Below, in pieces: positions 46,901 to 55,376 of a stretch of DNA of 64,000 nt. The stretch covers positions 21,867-85,866 of the forward strand of contig JAUICN010000003.1 in the NCBI GenBank assembly GCA_030427835.1, read 5' to 3'. The translations under genes and the position numbers were made by a program. This stretch comes from Polyangia bacterium. GTDB taxonomy: Bacteria > Myxococcota_A > Polyangia > Polyangiales > JAUICN01. Each line of letters begins with the position of its first letter. Position 1 is the stretch's first letter. The notes beneath the pieces were generated by a model. It did not search any database. It had not been told where the DNA came from and saw only the letters and a list, made by a program, of their open reading frames with translations.

Positions 46901-47977
46901 ATCGAAATGATACTCGCCTACGCGAAACCAGGTTTCGCTCATGAACTTCGCGTCTGGGCGAACTGGAACACACACGCGGTAAGGGTCCACATTGGAAGCA
47001 GGCGCTGCAGCGTCCGCGCCACCCATGTCCAGCGTAAGCGCGGGGTATGCCGGCGGAGGTGGATCAGGACGCAGGGCGTCGGCCTCTCTTTTACGGGCGA
47101 TTTCGTCCGCGTCATAGCTGTAATGATTGGAACAAACAAGAGACAGCCAGGCGATCACAGCCTCCTCTCGCTCGTTCATTTCATTCAAGCAATAACCAAT
47201 AAGATAATAGACGCCGTCCAGTCGATCGTACTGGGGAAACCGAGAAATCAAGGTGCGGTAGAGCTCAATGGTGGGGCTAAAAATCGGGGTACTACCCATC
47301 CCCTCTGGAAGTTCTTCTCCGCGGGCCATGGCTTCCTGGGCCTCAGCAAAGGCGTCCTGGAACTCAATCGCACTCCGTTCAAAGTAAAGCTCCCCTAACC
47401 GAAACATGGCGTCTGGAGTAAACGTGGGATCGTTGGGGTAACGGGATACAAATCGCTCAAAAAGACGGATCGCATTGTCCCGCGCCTCGTTCTGAAGCGC
47501 GTCTTCCTGTCGAATTTGGCGGGCATAATAGTGGGACCGACCCCGTTGACGCCGTTGAAACTCACGCTTCACCACCGCGATCACGGAGTCACGGTAGGAA
47601 CGACCAAAATCACGAAAGCGCTCTACCTCCTGCTCCATTTCTTGAAGTGCCAGGATTTCCGCCGCCGTGGGCCGTGGACGCGAGTCCTCGATGCGCCGAT
47701 CGGTGGTGTCTAAAAACGTGGGCAGCGCGGGAGCCTCCGCTACGGCCTCCGCATCCTGCCATGGATTGACTTCGGCATCGCTCTCCACGTCATCGGTGGA
47801 CTCGCCTTCGCTGGCGGGTTCAGCCTCTTCAGTCCCTGAAACGGGCGCTTCGTTGAGAGAATCCGGCGCCACCTCGGGTCCAGGCTGCGCATGGACCGCT
47901 AAGGAAACGAGCAAAATGCTGCCCATGAAGGCGAACAGCCCCAGTACTGCGGCACGGATCGGCGATACGTTGCCCAT
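43988..47977 (-). CDS. giant TPR-repeat periplasmic protein (GltD/NfsD, AgmU-like)
   Basis: 1329 aa. Signal peptide AVLGLFAFMGSILLVSLAVHA. TPR-like helices throughout (e.g. LALYKVAWAYYRASRYPEAIRHFAQLV). Confidence 0.65.
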   Translation of the reverse strand: MGNVSPIRAAVLGLFAFMGSILLVSLAVHAQPGPEVAPDSLNEAPVSGTEEAEPASEGESTDDVESDAEVNPWQDAEAVAEAPALPTFLDTTDRRIEDSRPRPTAAEILALQEMEQEVERFRDFGRSYRDSVIAVVKREFQRRQRGRSHYYARQIRQEDALQNEARDNAIRLFERFVSRYPNDPTFTPDAMFRLGELYFERSAIEFQDAFAEAQEAMARGEELPEGMGSTPIFSPTIELYRTLISRFPQYDRLDGVYYLIGYCLNEMNEREEAVIAWLSLVCSNHYSYDADEIARKREADALRPDPPPPAYPALTLDMGGADAAAPASNVDPYRVCVPVRPDAKFMSETWFRVGEYHFDDYGGDNAVELSISAYRRILQDRADKNFNLALYKVAWAYYRASRYPEAIRHFAQLVDWSDEERRRTGRAGSELRPEALQYVAIALAYDDWNENQVPDPYEEMPTGIQRLQDAELIAQDRDWTPEVYFQLGNVYFDENKLSDAIAVWQLALDRFPNHVRAPEITNMVARAYTRSQEMEQAIAYRARLGEYGEGSTWWNANVDHPAEQTAAEELAENALIGTAVFHHQQAQNLRRMCVEQRDLDLCLQARGQYQLAAKAYSGYLERYPNTPQAYELRYNVADALYWSEDFEAAAAQYSLVRDSNLDDSYLSESARRVVESLRRIQESAVERGDLVVREEPPAPSGEPLTVRPVPMPDLVQRLAQARELYLARVEATGDAEGVRDAYDYNNTLLLYFYGYWPQAEERFRRIFENHCAGEQANENGRFAWLSLRNMAVTLGDELKVEQLANELGERKCTFSTAPTENVSCDDPANADEPHCIRMGDLNALRYRRALRIYSKAEEASGEEQLRLYERAATVLVNAVNDNPDDPQAPIALEYAATALEKTSRFESAARLYQRITDEVGPRQAENAGEQQKLNAILANAYFRLAFNSNRFFNFERAVDNYRLLADSQRFRGSTDPNIVEKREGALINAAIILERLQQYKKAASYYREAAVLLREPGAQRDAYYRVAEMTYKQGNPITTIKEMNSFISRYEGDQAAGELVVLAYWRIAESRRKMLGPRPNPKRIRDYRKALEKVVSAFARSGQEPGSIGAEYAANAKFILVDDAIKGFESFSINPGRPKTLQDYVNSIKEQIDAGAASGQEIVAGYAPVMDYRRPTWTIAAFVRQGRVYEVLARAILNTPFTLPQDMQKQLRRLTPEQRDDIAFQVEGSVQQVLDEKVRPIECFAVARYALAARAARAGNLDDEYTQIAVDRLQAYGEERIAECIAEAQRADPSFVAYTPGEFKRAPRGRTLDIPQGVSPPSLEHVEGP

Positions 47978-50340
47978 TACTCTCCTCCACCCGACTGAAG
48001 ATCCATGATCTCCTGGTATTCATCCTGTAAGGCTTGAAGTTCTCCGGATCGCTCCCTGTTCAAGGATTCCACCCGCTGCCGGTGTTCCTCCCGACGAGCC
48101 CAGGAAACGTCGATTTCACCCACATCGGCCTTAAGAACCAAATCGTAGAACCGTTTTCGAACGCGGTTGAAGCTGTTGTAGGTGACATAGGTGGCCACAT
48201 CTTCGGCCTCCTGCTCCAAGGCATGCAGCGCTTCTGTGTACACAGAAAGGCGTTCCGATTCGTCCTCAAGAACCACACGCATGGTCTGTGTACGTTCCGA
48301 AACAACGTCGTTGATGAACTGGTCATATTCATCCAGGGACTGCTGGAGGGAATCCACCCGATCGAAAGTCACATCTACGTTAGCAGGAATTTGGCCTCGA
48401 CTACGAACGAGTTCCCTCTCTTGGGCCACCAACTGACGGTGCTCTTCACGGGTCTGGGCGTCTTTCTGGTATCGAATATCACCCACTCCCACCTGCAGAC
48501 GCCCTACCTCAACGGCGCGGCGAAGCTCTGTCACTCTTCCCTGAAAATGTTCCAGCGCTCCCCGCTGAAGAGCGAGGCTCTCACGCACAGCCTGAACATC
48601 CTCTTCAGTCACCGACCCATGGCCAAGAGAATCCTCCACAAAGCGCTCAGTGGCCACTACCTGAGCCTCCATACCCAACAGGACAATTTCCAACTGGCCC
48701 AGTTCACGCTGCAACCTGCGGTAGCGACTCAAAAGGACTTCGTTGCGTTCGTCAAACTGATCCCTTGCGACCGGCATAGTGGCGAGCGATGCTTCGAGTC
48801 TTTGTCGCTTGGCTCGAACACGCCCGAGCTCGCCGGACCCCGCAACTCCATTGCCCGCCAAAGATATCAATTGCTGTTGGGCTTTGGATAGACGAGTTCG
48901 AAGCGCCACGGTTCGTTCCCGCTGCCGCCGTAGATCCGGAAACACATTGACCGCATTTGGGGAATTGATGGCGCCATCCAATCTGGAGATGAGGCCTGAG
49001 GTTTCCGTGACCAACTGACGCACCTTCGACGTGTCCGAAAGCAGCGTTAGCGCACGGTTCATGTCTTCCTCAAATGTGGCCCATCGACGTGCCAACGGGG
49101 GCAAGAACTCTTCCACGTCAAACAGTTGTAGATTGCTGCGAACCATTTCGCGAAAGTGAAGACGGGGGTCCTCTTGACCCGCCACCATGGCGTTGAGTTC
49201 ATCTCTCACAGGTTGAAACTGAACGCGAACCTCTTGGTACACCTCCTCCGCGTCGTGCAGCCGACCATTTCGCAACAGCAGCCCCGCACGAAGAAGTTTG
49301 CCGTCGGGGATATAGCGACTTCCTGGAGCGGCGACCGTAAGCACTTCCAGCGCCCGTTCCGCTCTCGTGGAATCACCCAAACGAATGTAGGCCCATGCGA
49401 TCTCATAGAGGGCTTCGTCAAAGTTGGGAGAGGAGCGTGGAATGGACTGATACGCTTCGATGGCCTTCTCAATGCGATCCAACTCATAGAATAATCGACC
49501 CAGGGCCAGCTGTGCCAGCTCCACCACCCGCCTGGACTCAAGACTTGACGTGGGGGTTCTTAAAACGCGCTCAAACGCTTCCACGGCCTGGGGAAGTTCC
49601 CCCTTAAAGATGTGAATCACACCCACAAAGTACCGGGATTGGGCGTGGTAGGGGCTGCCCTCTGGCACCGCCATAAAGGCTTCCCTGGCCGATTCGAGGC
49701 CCGCCAGATCCACTCCCTCGGAGAGGTGATCCCCACGGATGGCATCATCGGGTGGCACGGCCCGATTGAAGAGGTATTTGGCACGGTAATAGGTGGTTAC
49801 CGCTTCAACTTCTGTGGGTGGCAGCTGGCTCAGTTCAGCAAAGTACTCTTCTACCCCATCAAAATCCCTGGTGTGAATGGCGATTTCGATGAGACGCCCA
49901 AGCACGCGCTGAACGTAGGGTTGGAAACGGACTTCACCCGCGTGGCTTAAGAACTGGCGAAACCGGGACCGAGCCCCGTAGTAGTCCCCCGCTCGATACA
50001 GGGAATCACCCAGCAAAAATAGGCCATCTGGAAAGGCCCGGTGCCCCTCGTGGTGATCCACGATGTCGGTCAAAATGATGCTTGCTCGAACGTAGTCCTG
50101 CAGGCGATAGAAGAGCTCCCCATCGCTCAGCCGTTCCTCCACGTAGGTATCGCTACGCATGGCCGACCGGGTGCGAGCGATGCGAACCCGCTTCAGGTTC
50201 TCCACCTCACCGGCAACGTCGGTGAGTTCCCGTCCTACCCGAGTGAGAGTCTGGGCGCGAACAAACGTCGACGTCGGGCAAAGTAATATGCCGACAGCAA
50301 GCGTTTGCAGCAGCCACAGCGGCGGCCGCCCCGTGGCCAT
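47977..50340 (-). CDS. secreted TPR plus long coiled-coil protein
   Basis: Signal peptide LWLLQTLAVGILLCPTSTFVRAQ. TPR-like N-half (ALYEIAWAYIRLGDSTRAERALEVL). About 350-aa heptad-rich C-half. Confidence 0.6.
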   Translation of the reverse strand: MATGRPPLWLLQTLAVGILLCPTSTFVRAQTLTRVGRELTDVAGEVENLKRVRIARTRSAMRSDTYVEERLSDGELFYRLQDYVRASIILTDIVDHHEGHRAFPDGLFLLGDSLYRAGDYYGARSRFRQFLSHAGEVRFQPYVQRVLGRLIEIAIHTRDFDGVEEYFAELSQLPPTEVEAVTTYYRAKYLFNRAVPPDDAIRGDHLSEGVDLAGLESAREAFMAVPEGSPYHAQSRYFVGVIHIFKGELPQAVEAFERVLRTPTSSLESRRVVELAQLALGRLFYELDRIEKAIEAYQSIPRSSPNFDEALYEIAWAYIRLGDSTRAERALEVLTVAAPGSRYIPDGKLLRAGLLLRNGRLHDAEEVYQEVRVQFQPVRDELNAMVAGQEDPRLHFREMVRSNLQLFDVEEFLPPLARRWATFEEDMNRALTLLSDTSKVRQLVTETSGLISRLDGAINSPNAVNVFPDLRRQRERTVALRTRLSKAQQQLISLAGNGVAGSGELGRVRAKRQRLEASLATMPVARDQFDERNEVLLSRYRRLQRELGQLEIVLLGMEAQVVATERFVEDSLGHGSVTEEDVQAVRESLALQRGALEHFQGRVTELRRAVEVGRLQVGVGDIRYQKDAQTREEHRQLVAQERELVRSRGQIPANVDVTFDRVDSLQQSLDEYDQFINDVVSERTQTMRVVLEDESERLSVYTEALHALEQEAEDVATYVTYNSFNRVRKRFYDLVLKADVGEIDVSWARREEHRQRVESLNRERSGELQALQDEYQEIMDLQSGGGE

Positions 50341-51191
50341 TACCGAGCCTCCTCAGATTCCCCGTCGGACTGACCTTGACCACCTTCGATACGTTCCACG
50401 TACCGAACCGCAGGCCGCTCCTCCAGAGGTGCGGTAGGCCCGCCCTTTTCGTATCCGATCACACGGAGCGTGACCGATTTACCCTCGGGCGCATTGAATG
50501 CGTAGGTGGACCGAACCTTAAACCGATACCCTTTCAGGTAGGAGAAAATACCGTAGCCATGACCACGGTACTCCAAATTTACAGTGAGCACGTGTTCGCC
50601 GGGCACGATACTGCCGTTGTAAACATCGAACTGTTCCCGTTCGCCAAACTCCCCTTCTTCATCGGCTTTGCTGAAAATGGGTGCGCCATCCAGGGCGTAG
50701 ACCGCTTTCACCAAACGATAGGACGAAGACATGCGATTTTCGTGTTGGATAACTGCCTGGGAACCGGCCACGACACCCTGCAACACGGTTTCAGCAAGAA
50801 GCGACAATCGCGCCTTCGACCGAAATACCTGCTCCTTGAGTTCGTTGATCCGCTGTTCCAGATCCCGCAGCCGCACCGCGTAGGTACCCGCATCCACCTC
50901 GGGAACTTCCACCGGGGTTTCCACGTCCGCGGGCCCTGCCGCGGCGGCAGCTTCCCCACCCGCGCCCGACGGATCAGCGGCATCAGCCCCATCGGCAGGA
51001 TCTCCGGGGTCGTCAAACTCGGATCCTCCTGCCCCTGAAACCCCAGCAGAATCTTCCGCAGAAGCCGTGGTTGACGGCTCCTCCGTGGATTCCACAGGAG
51101 GATCAGCCTGGGCCTGTACGGACCCGAGACAGATCAGATTAGTAAACAGCGTGACAAGAACCGCAACGGCGATAGGCATTCGCTTCCCCAC
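50340..51191 (-). CDS. secreted protein: acidic low-complexity region, coiled coil, beta-rich C-domain
   Basis: GTG start. Signal MPIAVAVLVTLFTNLICLGSVQAQA. C-domain YRLVKAVYALDGAPIF..HVLTVNLEYRGHGYGIFSYLKGYRFKVRSTYAF. No family recognised. Confidence 0.55.
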   Translation of the reverse strand: MGKRMPIAVAVLVTLFTNLICLGSVQAQADPPVESTEEPSTTASAEDSAGVSGAGGSEFDDPGDPADGADAADPSGAGGEAAAAAGPADVETPVEVPEVDAGTYAVRLRDLEQRINELKEQVFRSKARLSLLAETVLQGVVAGSQAVIQHENRMSSSYRLVKAVYALDGAPIFSKADEEGEFGEREQFDVYNGSIVPGEHVLTVNLEYRGHGYGIFSYLKGYRFKVRSTYAFNAPEGKSVTLRVIGYEKGGPTAPLEERPAVRYVERIEGGQGQSDGESEEAR

Positions 51192-51254
51192 TCCAGCTTC
51201 CCCTCTCTTGAGTACAGCGCTCGCGGCACCTACGCTGAACCAAACGTACCGCAG

Positions 51255-51283
51255 CTTATATCAATAGCCCTAGAGGTGGTCAA
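51255..51283 (-). promoter_or_regulatory. sigma-70-type promoter for the Glt/Nfs-like operon
   Basis: Minus strand reads TTGACC (51283..51278), 17 nt, TATAAG (51260..51255), about 60 nt upstream of the GTG at 51191. Confidence 0.4.
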
Positions 51284-51318
51284 CGGATTGAACAAGTTCC
51301 TGCTAAGCTACCGCTACC

Positions 51319-52761
51319 TTGGAGAATTCCTCAAATCCAGATGCACCACGGGCAGCTCAGCGGATCCTCGTCATCGACGACGAACGCAATATCGCTCGTT
51401 CTCTCAAAATGACCTTGGATAGCTCGGGGTTTCTGGCCACCACAGCATCCTCCGGTGAGGAGGGATTGCAGATGCTCAAGGGGCCGTCGCAGCACGCACC
51501 TTTTGATATGGTCCTTCTCGATGTTCGTTTGCCGGGTAAAAGTGGCCTCGAGATCCTGAAAGAAATTCGATCTGGGGTTCCGAGCCATACGCTTCCGGTG
51601 GTGATGATCTCGGGGCACGCGTCCATCCAAGACGCGGTCCAGTCGGTCCAATCGGGAGCCAACGACTTTCTGGAAAAGCCCCTGGATCGCGGCCGGGTCA
51701 TCGTCACAGTGAAGAACGTCCTGAAGGCTGCGTCCCTGGAAAGGGAGGTGCGTCAGTTGAGGGTCGAGGGGCCGAAGCGGGATCGCATCCTGGGCCAAAG
51801 CCCCCAGGTAAGAGAGCTCGTGGACACGATACAGCGTGTGGCGGCCACCGACACCCGAGTCCTGATTCTCGGTGAAAGTGGTACGGGCAAGGAACTGGTG
51901 GCCCGGGCCGTTCATCGCCTTGGGCGGCGTGCCGAAAAGCCTTTTGTCCAGATCAACTGCGCCGCGATTCCTAGCGATCTTGTGGAAAGTGAGCTGTTTG
52001 GGTACGAAAAAGGAGCGTTTACGGGGGCCAACGAACAACGCAGGGGGCTGTTCGAGGCCGCCCATGGGGGAACCCTATTCCTGGACGAAATTGGTGAAAT
52101 GGACCTTGCGGCCCAATCGAAGTTGCTGCGTGTACTCGAAAACCGTGTGCTTTACCGTGTGGGAGGTCGGAGTGCGATCCCCGTGGACGTGCGTATTGTG
52201 GCGGCCACCAATAGAAATCTCCTCCGGGATGTCAGTGACGGGAGGTTTCGCGAGGATCTTTACTACCGGCTGAGTGTCCTCCCTCTGCAGGTTCCACCGC
52301 TTCGGGATCGCATACAGGATATTCCAGTTCTTGTGGAAGCCTTCCTATCCGAGTTCTGTGCCCGCAACGGATTTCCGCGGAAAAAAGTGGCTCCAGAGGT
52401 CTGGCCGCTTCTACAGGGCTACCAATGGCCAGGGAACATCCGGGAGCTGCGCAATATTGTGGAACGAATGGTGGTCCTCAGCGCGGAGGAAATTGGATAT
52501 TCCGACGTGCCCGGCGTGCTTGACCCGGCCCAATCCGACAGCGCAAAACGCGTTCAGCATGCCATTGGCCCGACCGCGTCCCTACGGGAGGTTCGGGACG
52601 GTGCGGAGCGGGCCCACGTGCTCCAGGCGCTCAAACGAGGTGACTGGAACATTTCAAGAACGGCAACCAGCTTGGGTGTGGAACGCACCCATTTGCACAA
52701 GAGGATCCGAGCGCTGGGCATTGAGCGCGAAGATACTGCCCCTGCCAAAAACTTGTCCTAG
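51319..52761 (+). CDS. sigma-54-dependent response regulator (NtrC family)
   Basis: Receiver domain (ILVIDDE.., [13 protein letters not shown]). AAA+ domain ([23 protein letters not shown]). C-terminal HTH. TTG start. Confidence 0.92.
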   Translation: MENSSNPDAPRAAQRILVIDDERNIARSLKMTLDSSGFLATTASSGEEGLQMLKGPSQHAPFDMVLLDVRLPGKSGLEILKEIRSGVPSHTLPVVMISGHASIQDAVQSVQSGANDFLEKPLDRGRVIVTVKNVLKAASLEREVRQLRVEGPKRDRILGQSPQVRELVDTIQRVAATDTRVLILGESGTGKELVARAVHRLGRRAEKPFVQINCAAIPSDLVESELFGYEKGAFTGANEQRRGLFEAAHGGTLFLDEIGEMDLAAQSKLLRVLENRVLYRVGGRSAIPVDVRIVAATNRNLLRDVSDGRFREDLYYRLSVLPLQVPPLRDRIQDIPVLVEAFLSEFCARNGFPRKKVAPEVWPLLQGYQWPGNIRELRNIVERMVVLSAEEIGYSDVPGVLDPAQSDSAKRVQHAIGPTASLREVRDGAERAHVLQALKRGDWNISRTATSLGVERTHLHKRIRALGIEREDTAPAKNLS

Positions 52762-52790
52762 TGAGGTGCCCACTGCGACAATCAAATGCC

Positions 52791-53033
52791 ATGTTTCTTG
52801 TTCGCACCGCGTTTTTCTTCATTTCCCTCGCCTGCATGGCCTGGGCGGCATGGACGGTTCCCCTTGGAGACCACACGGCGGTGGAACACGCCGAGCACAT
52901 GCTTGAAAAGAAGTTCATGCGGGCCGCGGTGGAATCCTCGCGGGAGCTTGCGGTGGACGCGCTACAGCAGGCGCAAACCAAGTTGGCGGAAGTGGGAAAC
53001 AAGCCTGCAGCAGAGCCGGATCCAGGCCCCTAG
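52791..53033 (+). CDS. small membrane-anchored protein, hypothetical
   Basis: 80 aa from ATG 52791 (MFLVRTAFFFISLACMAWAAW). Third-position G/C bias supports coding. No family recognised. Confidence 0.35.
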   Translation: MFLVRTAFFFISLACMAWAAWTVPLGDHTAVEHAEHMLEKKFMRAAVESSRELAVDALQQAQTKLAEVGNKPAAEPDPGP

Positions 53034-53066
53034 CATCCAGATTTCTAGACCGCTTGAGTTCACAAC

Positions 53067-53933
53067 TCAGGAGCGCTTGCTCGACGTTCGTTCAGCCAAA
53101 TACTCCTGAAGTTCCCCGGGCTCTAGAATTCCTTTTTTTACCAGGAGTTGTAACAATCCATCCAATCGGTACGATGAAGCGGTTTCTTCGGTCGGCGATT
53201 CAATAGCCGACGCAGGTAGAGACCGCGCGAGGGCAACCGTCTCACCACGGTTGTCCGGAGGACTCACCACACGGGTTCCATCTAGCAAGGTCCATGCAGG
53301 GAGCGTTTCGGGAGAGGCGCCCGTGGTTGCTGGATCGCTGGGTTCTGAGATTGGGGTTGGCAAGCAAGCCCCGGTGCCCGGGGGAGTCCGAGGATCCGTG
53401 GGAGGCTTCGCCCCTGTGGTTTCATGGGCGACTTCCCCAGAGGGATAGAGTCGACCTAGGGCGTCCTCAATTTCAGTCCAAGGGGCCAACATGGGTTGAA
53501 TCAAACGGCCCGTTGTTCTCTCGAGTTCAAGGATCGCGTCACCGCAGGTGGGGTCAGCCATCGCAACGTACAAGGCGCTTTGGGAGGAGGTCCGAAACGA
53601 TTTGGACGGGGAACCCTGCGAACCCGTATATACGGGAATGCACCTCCATTGCCGCGCCAGGCCTGCAGGAATGAGGGAGACGAGAGCAGGTAAGGGTTCC
53701 AGTTCTGCTACAGAAATCCAAGGAACCTGAAGCTGGTTGGACAGCACCTGGGTGAGCTCCACCTCCGACACGTCGCCTCGACGCACCAGTTCTTCCCCGA
53801 CCCGTAGCCCAGAAATACCCTGCGCGCCTAGGGCACGATCAAGTTGGGAACGGGTGACCACGCCAGCAAATAACAGCATGTCCCCCAGCGGCGTCCGGGG
53901 TTCCATAGCCCCTAATGTAGCAGGTGCCCACAA
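53067..53933 (-). CDS. T2SSE_N (MshEN-like) domain protein
   Basis: LGDMLLFAGVVTRSQLDRALGAQG..RVGEELVRRGDVSEVELTQVLSNQLQVPWI matches the GspE/MshE N-terminal domain repeat. The rest of the protein is Pro/Thr-rich. Confidence 0.6.
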   Translation of the reverse strand: MWAPATLGAMEPRTPLGDMLLFAGVVTRSQLDRALGAQGISGLRVGEELVRRGDVSEVELTQVLSNQLQVPWISVAELEPLPALVSLIPAGLARQWRCIPVYTGSQGSPSKSFRTSSQSALYVAMADPTCGDAILELERTTGRLIQPMLAPWTEIEDALGRLYPSGEVAHETTGAKPPTDPRTPPGTGACLPTPISEPSDPATTGASPETLPAWTLLDGTRVVSPPDNRGETVALARSLPASAIESPTEETASSYRLDGLLQLLVKKGILEPGELQEYLAERTSSKRS

Positions 53934-53963
53934 ATGGGTACCCGCAAAAGGCCCATCACCTTG

Positions 53964-55313
53964 TTAGAGCTCCAAGCGTTTCATTTTTCGCCACAGGGTT
54001 GTGACACTGAGCCCTAAACGCTCTGCCGCCTCTTCCCGGCTTCCCCCGACCGTGGCAAGCGTCTGTTGAATGTACTGCCGTTCGGCGTCATCCACGATGT
54101 CCTGCAGCTTGCGGAAACCTTCCTGGTGCCCCGCGAGGGGACGATCCGTCTCTCCCGTGCTTGGGGCCACGTCCTCCAAGCGCACGATCCCCTGATCGGA
54201 AAGGGCAACACCCTGTTCCATCAGATTTTCAAGCTCACGTACGTTCCCTGGAAAGTCGTAGGACCCCAAAAACTCGAGAACACCGGCCCCAAACCGTGAG
54301 TCGCGCCCCATCTTCTTTCCATACTTTTCCAAAAAGTACTGTGCGAGAAGCGCAATGTCTTCTCTTCGATCCCGCAGGCTAGGCACCTGCATCCTCACCA
54401 CATTGAGCCGGTAGTAAAGATCATCTCGAAACGTACGTTGCTCGATCATGGCCTTCAGATCCCGGTTCGTTGCCGCCACAATTCGCACGTCCACAGAGAT
54501 TTCATGATTGTCCCCAAGGCGTCGAATGGTTCCTTCCTGAATGGCCCGCAGCAGCTTGGCCTGTAGGGATAGGGGCATCTCTCCGATTTCGTCGAAAAAG
54601 AAGGTGCCGCCGTTGGCTTCTTCCAGGAGCCCCTTGCGGGTGGAGCCCGCGCCGGTGAATGCCCCCTTCATGTGACCGAACAGTTCGCTTTCCAGGAGGT
54701 TCTCAGAAATCGTGGCGCAATTCACAGGTACGAAGGGCCGTTCGCTGCGGTTGGAGTTGGCATGAATGGCACGTGCGACGAGCTCCTTGCCGGTGCCGCT
54801 CTCCCCGGTGATCAACACCGTCGCGTCAGTGGGCCCAATACGAACAATCCGACCCAGGAGATCTCGAATGGATTGGGATCGGCCCACGATGTTTTCGCAA
54901 TGGTAACGCTCCCGAAATTCCGAAGCCAGCACCGACATCTCAGAGGCCAGTTGCCGTCGCTCCGCAGCGCGCTCCACCTTCAGCAGAAGTTCATCTTCGG
55001 AAAAGGGTTTCTGCACGTAGTCGTGGGCGCCAAGCCTCATGGCTTCCACAGCGGTTTCAATCGTACCGTAGGCGGTCATCACAAGAACTTCAGTGAGGGG
55101 ACTGTGTTCCTTGACGTGTCGGAGTACTTCCATTCCATCCACCCGGTCCATACGCAGATCGGTGAGCACCACGTCAAAAGAGTCTTCGTTCACGCGCGCG
55201 ATGGCCTCTTCACCATCGTCCGCTTCAGAGACCTCGTGGCCCGCGTCGCGCAACATCATGGCAAGCGTGATGCGCATGTTGGGTTGGTCGTCGACAATAA
55301 GGACCCGGGGCAT
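53964..55313 (-). CDS. sigma-54-dependent response regulator (NtrC family)
   Basis: RVLIVDDQ.., [37 protein letters not shown]-terminal HTH. Confidence 0.92.
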   Translation of the reverse strand: MPRVLIVDDQPNMRITLAMMLRDAGHEVSEADDGEEAIARVNEDSFDVVLTDLRMDRVDGMEVLRHVKEHSPLTEVLVMTAYGTIETAVEAMRLGAHDYVQKPFSEDELLLKVERAAERRQLASEMSVLASEFRERYHCENIVGRSQSIRDLLGRIVRIGPTDATVLITGESGTGKELVARAIHANSNRSERPFVPVNCATISENLLESELFGHMKGAFTGAGSTRKGLLEEANGGTFFFDEIGEMPLSLQAKLLRAIQEGTIRRLGDNHEISVDVRIVAATNRDLKAMIEQRTFRDDLYYRLNVVRMQVPSLRDRREDIALLAQYFLEKYGKKMGRDSRFGAGVLEFLGSYDFPGNVRELENLMEQGVALSDQGIVRLEDVAPSTGETDRPLAGHQEGFRKLQDIVDDAERQYIQQTLATVGGSREEAAERLGLSVTTLWRKMKRLEL

Positions 55314-55376
55314 GGCCCTATTCTAGGCCGGTCCTGGCCAGAGGAAAAGGATTGAACGTAAAGCCGCGTTCACCTT

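Noticed and set aside
45830-47398. 522-aa plus-strand ORF, one of the longest in the track.
   Set aside because: It lies entirely antisense to the 1329-aa TPR gene, has no recognisable domain, and has shadow-frame composition.
51224-51238. GGCACCTACGCTGA sigma-54-like sequence between the EBP gene and the Glt/Nfs-like operon.
   Set aside because: There is no GC at the -12 position. The minus-strand candidates in the same region also fail on spacing.
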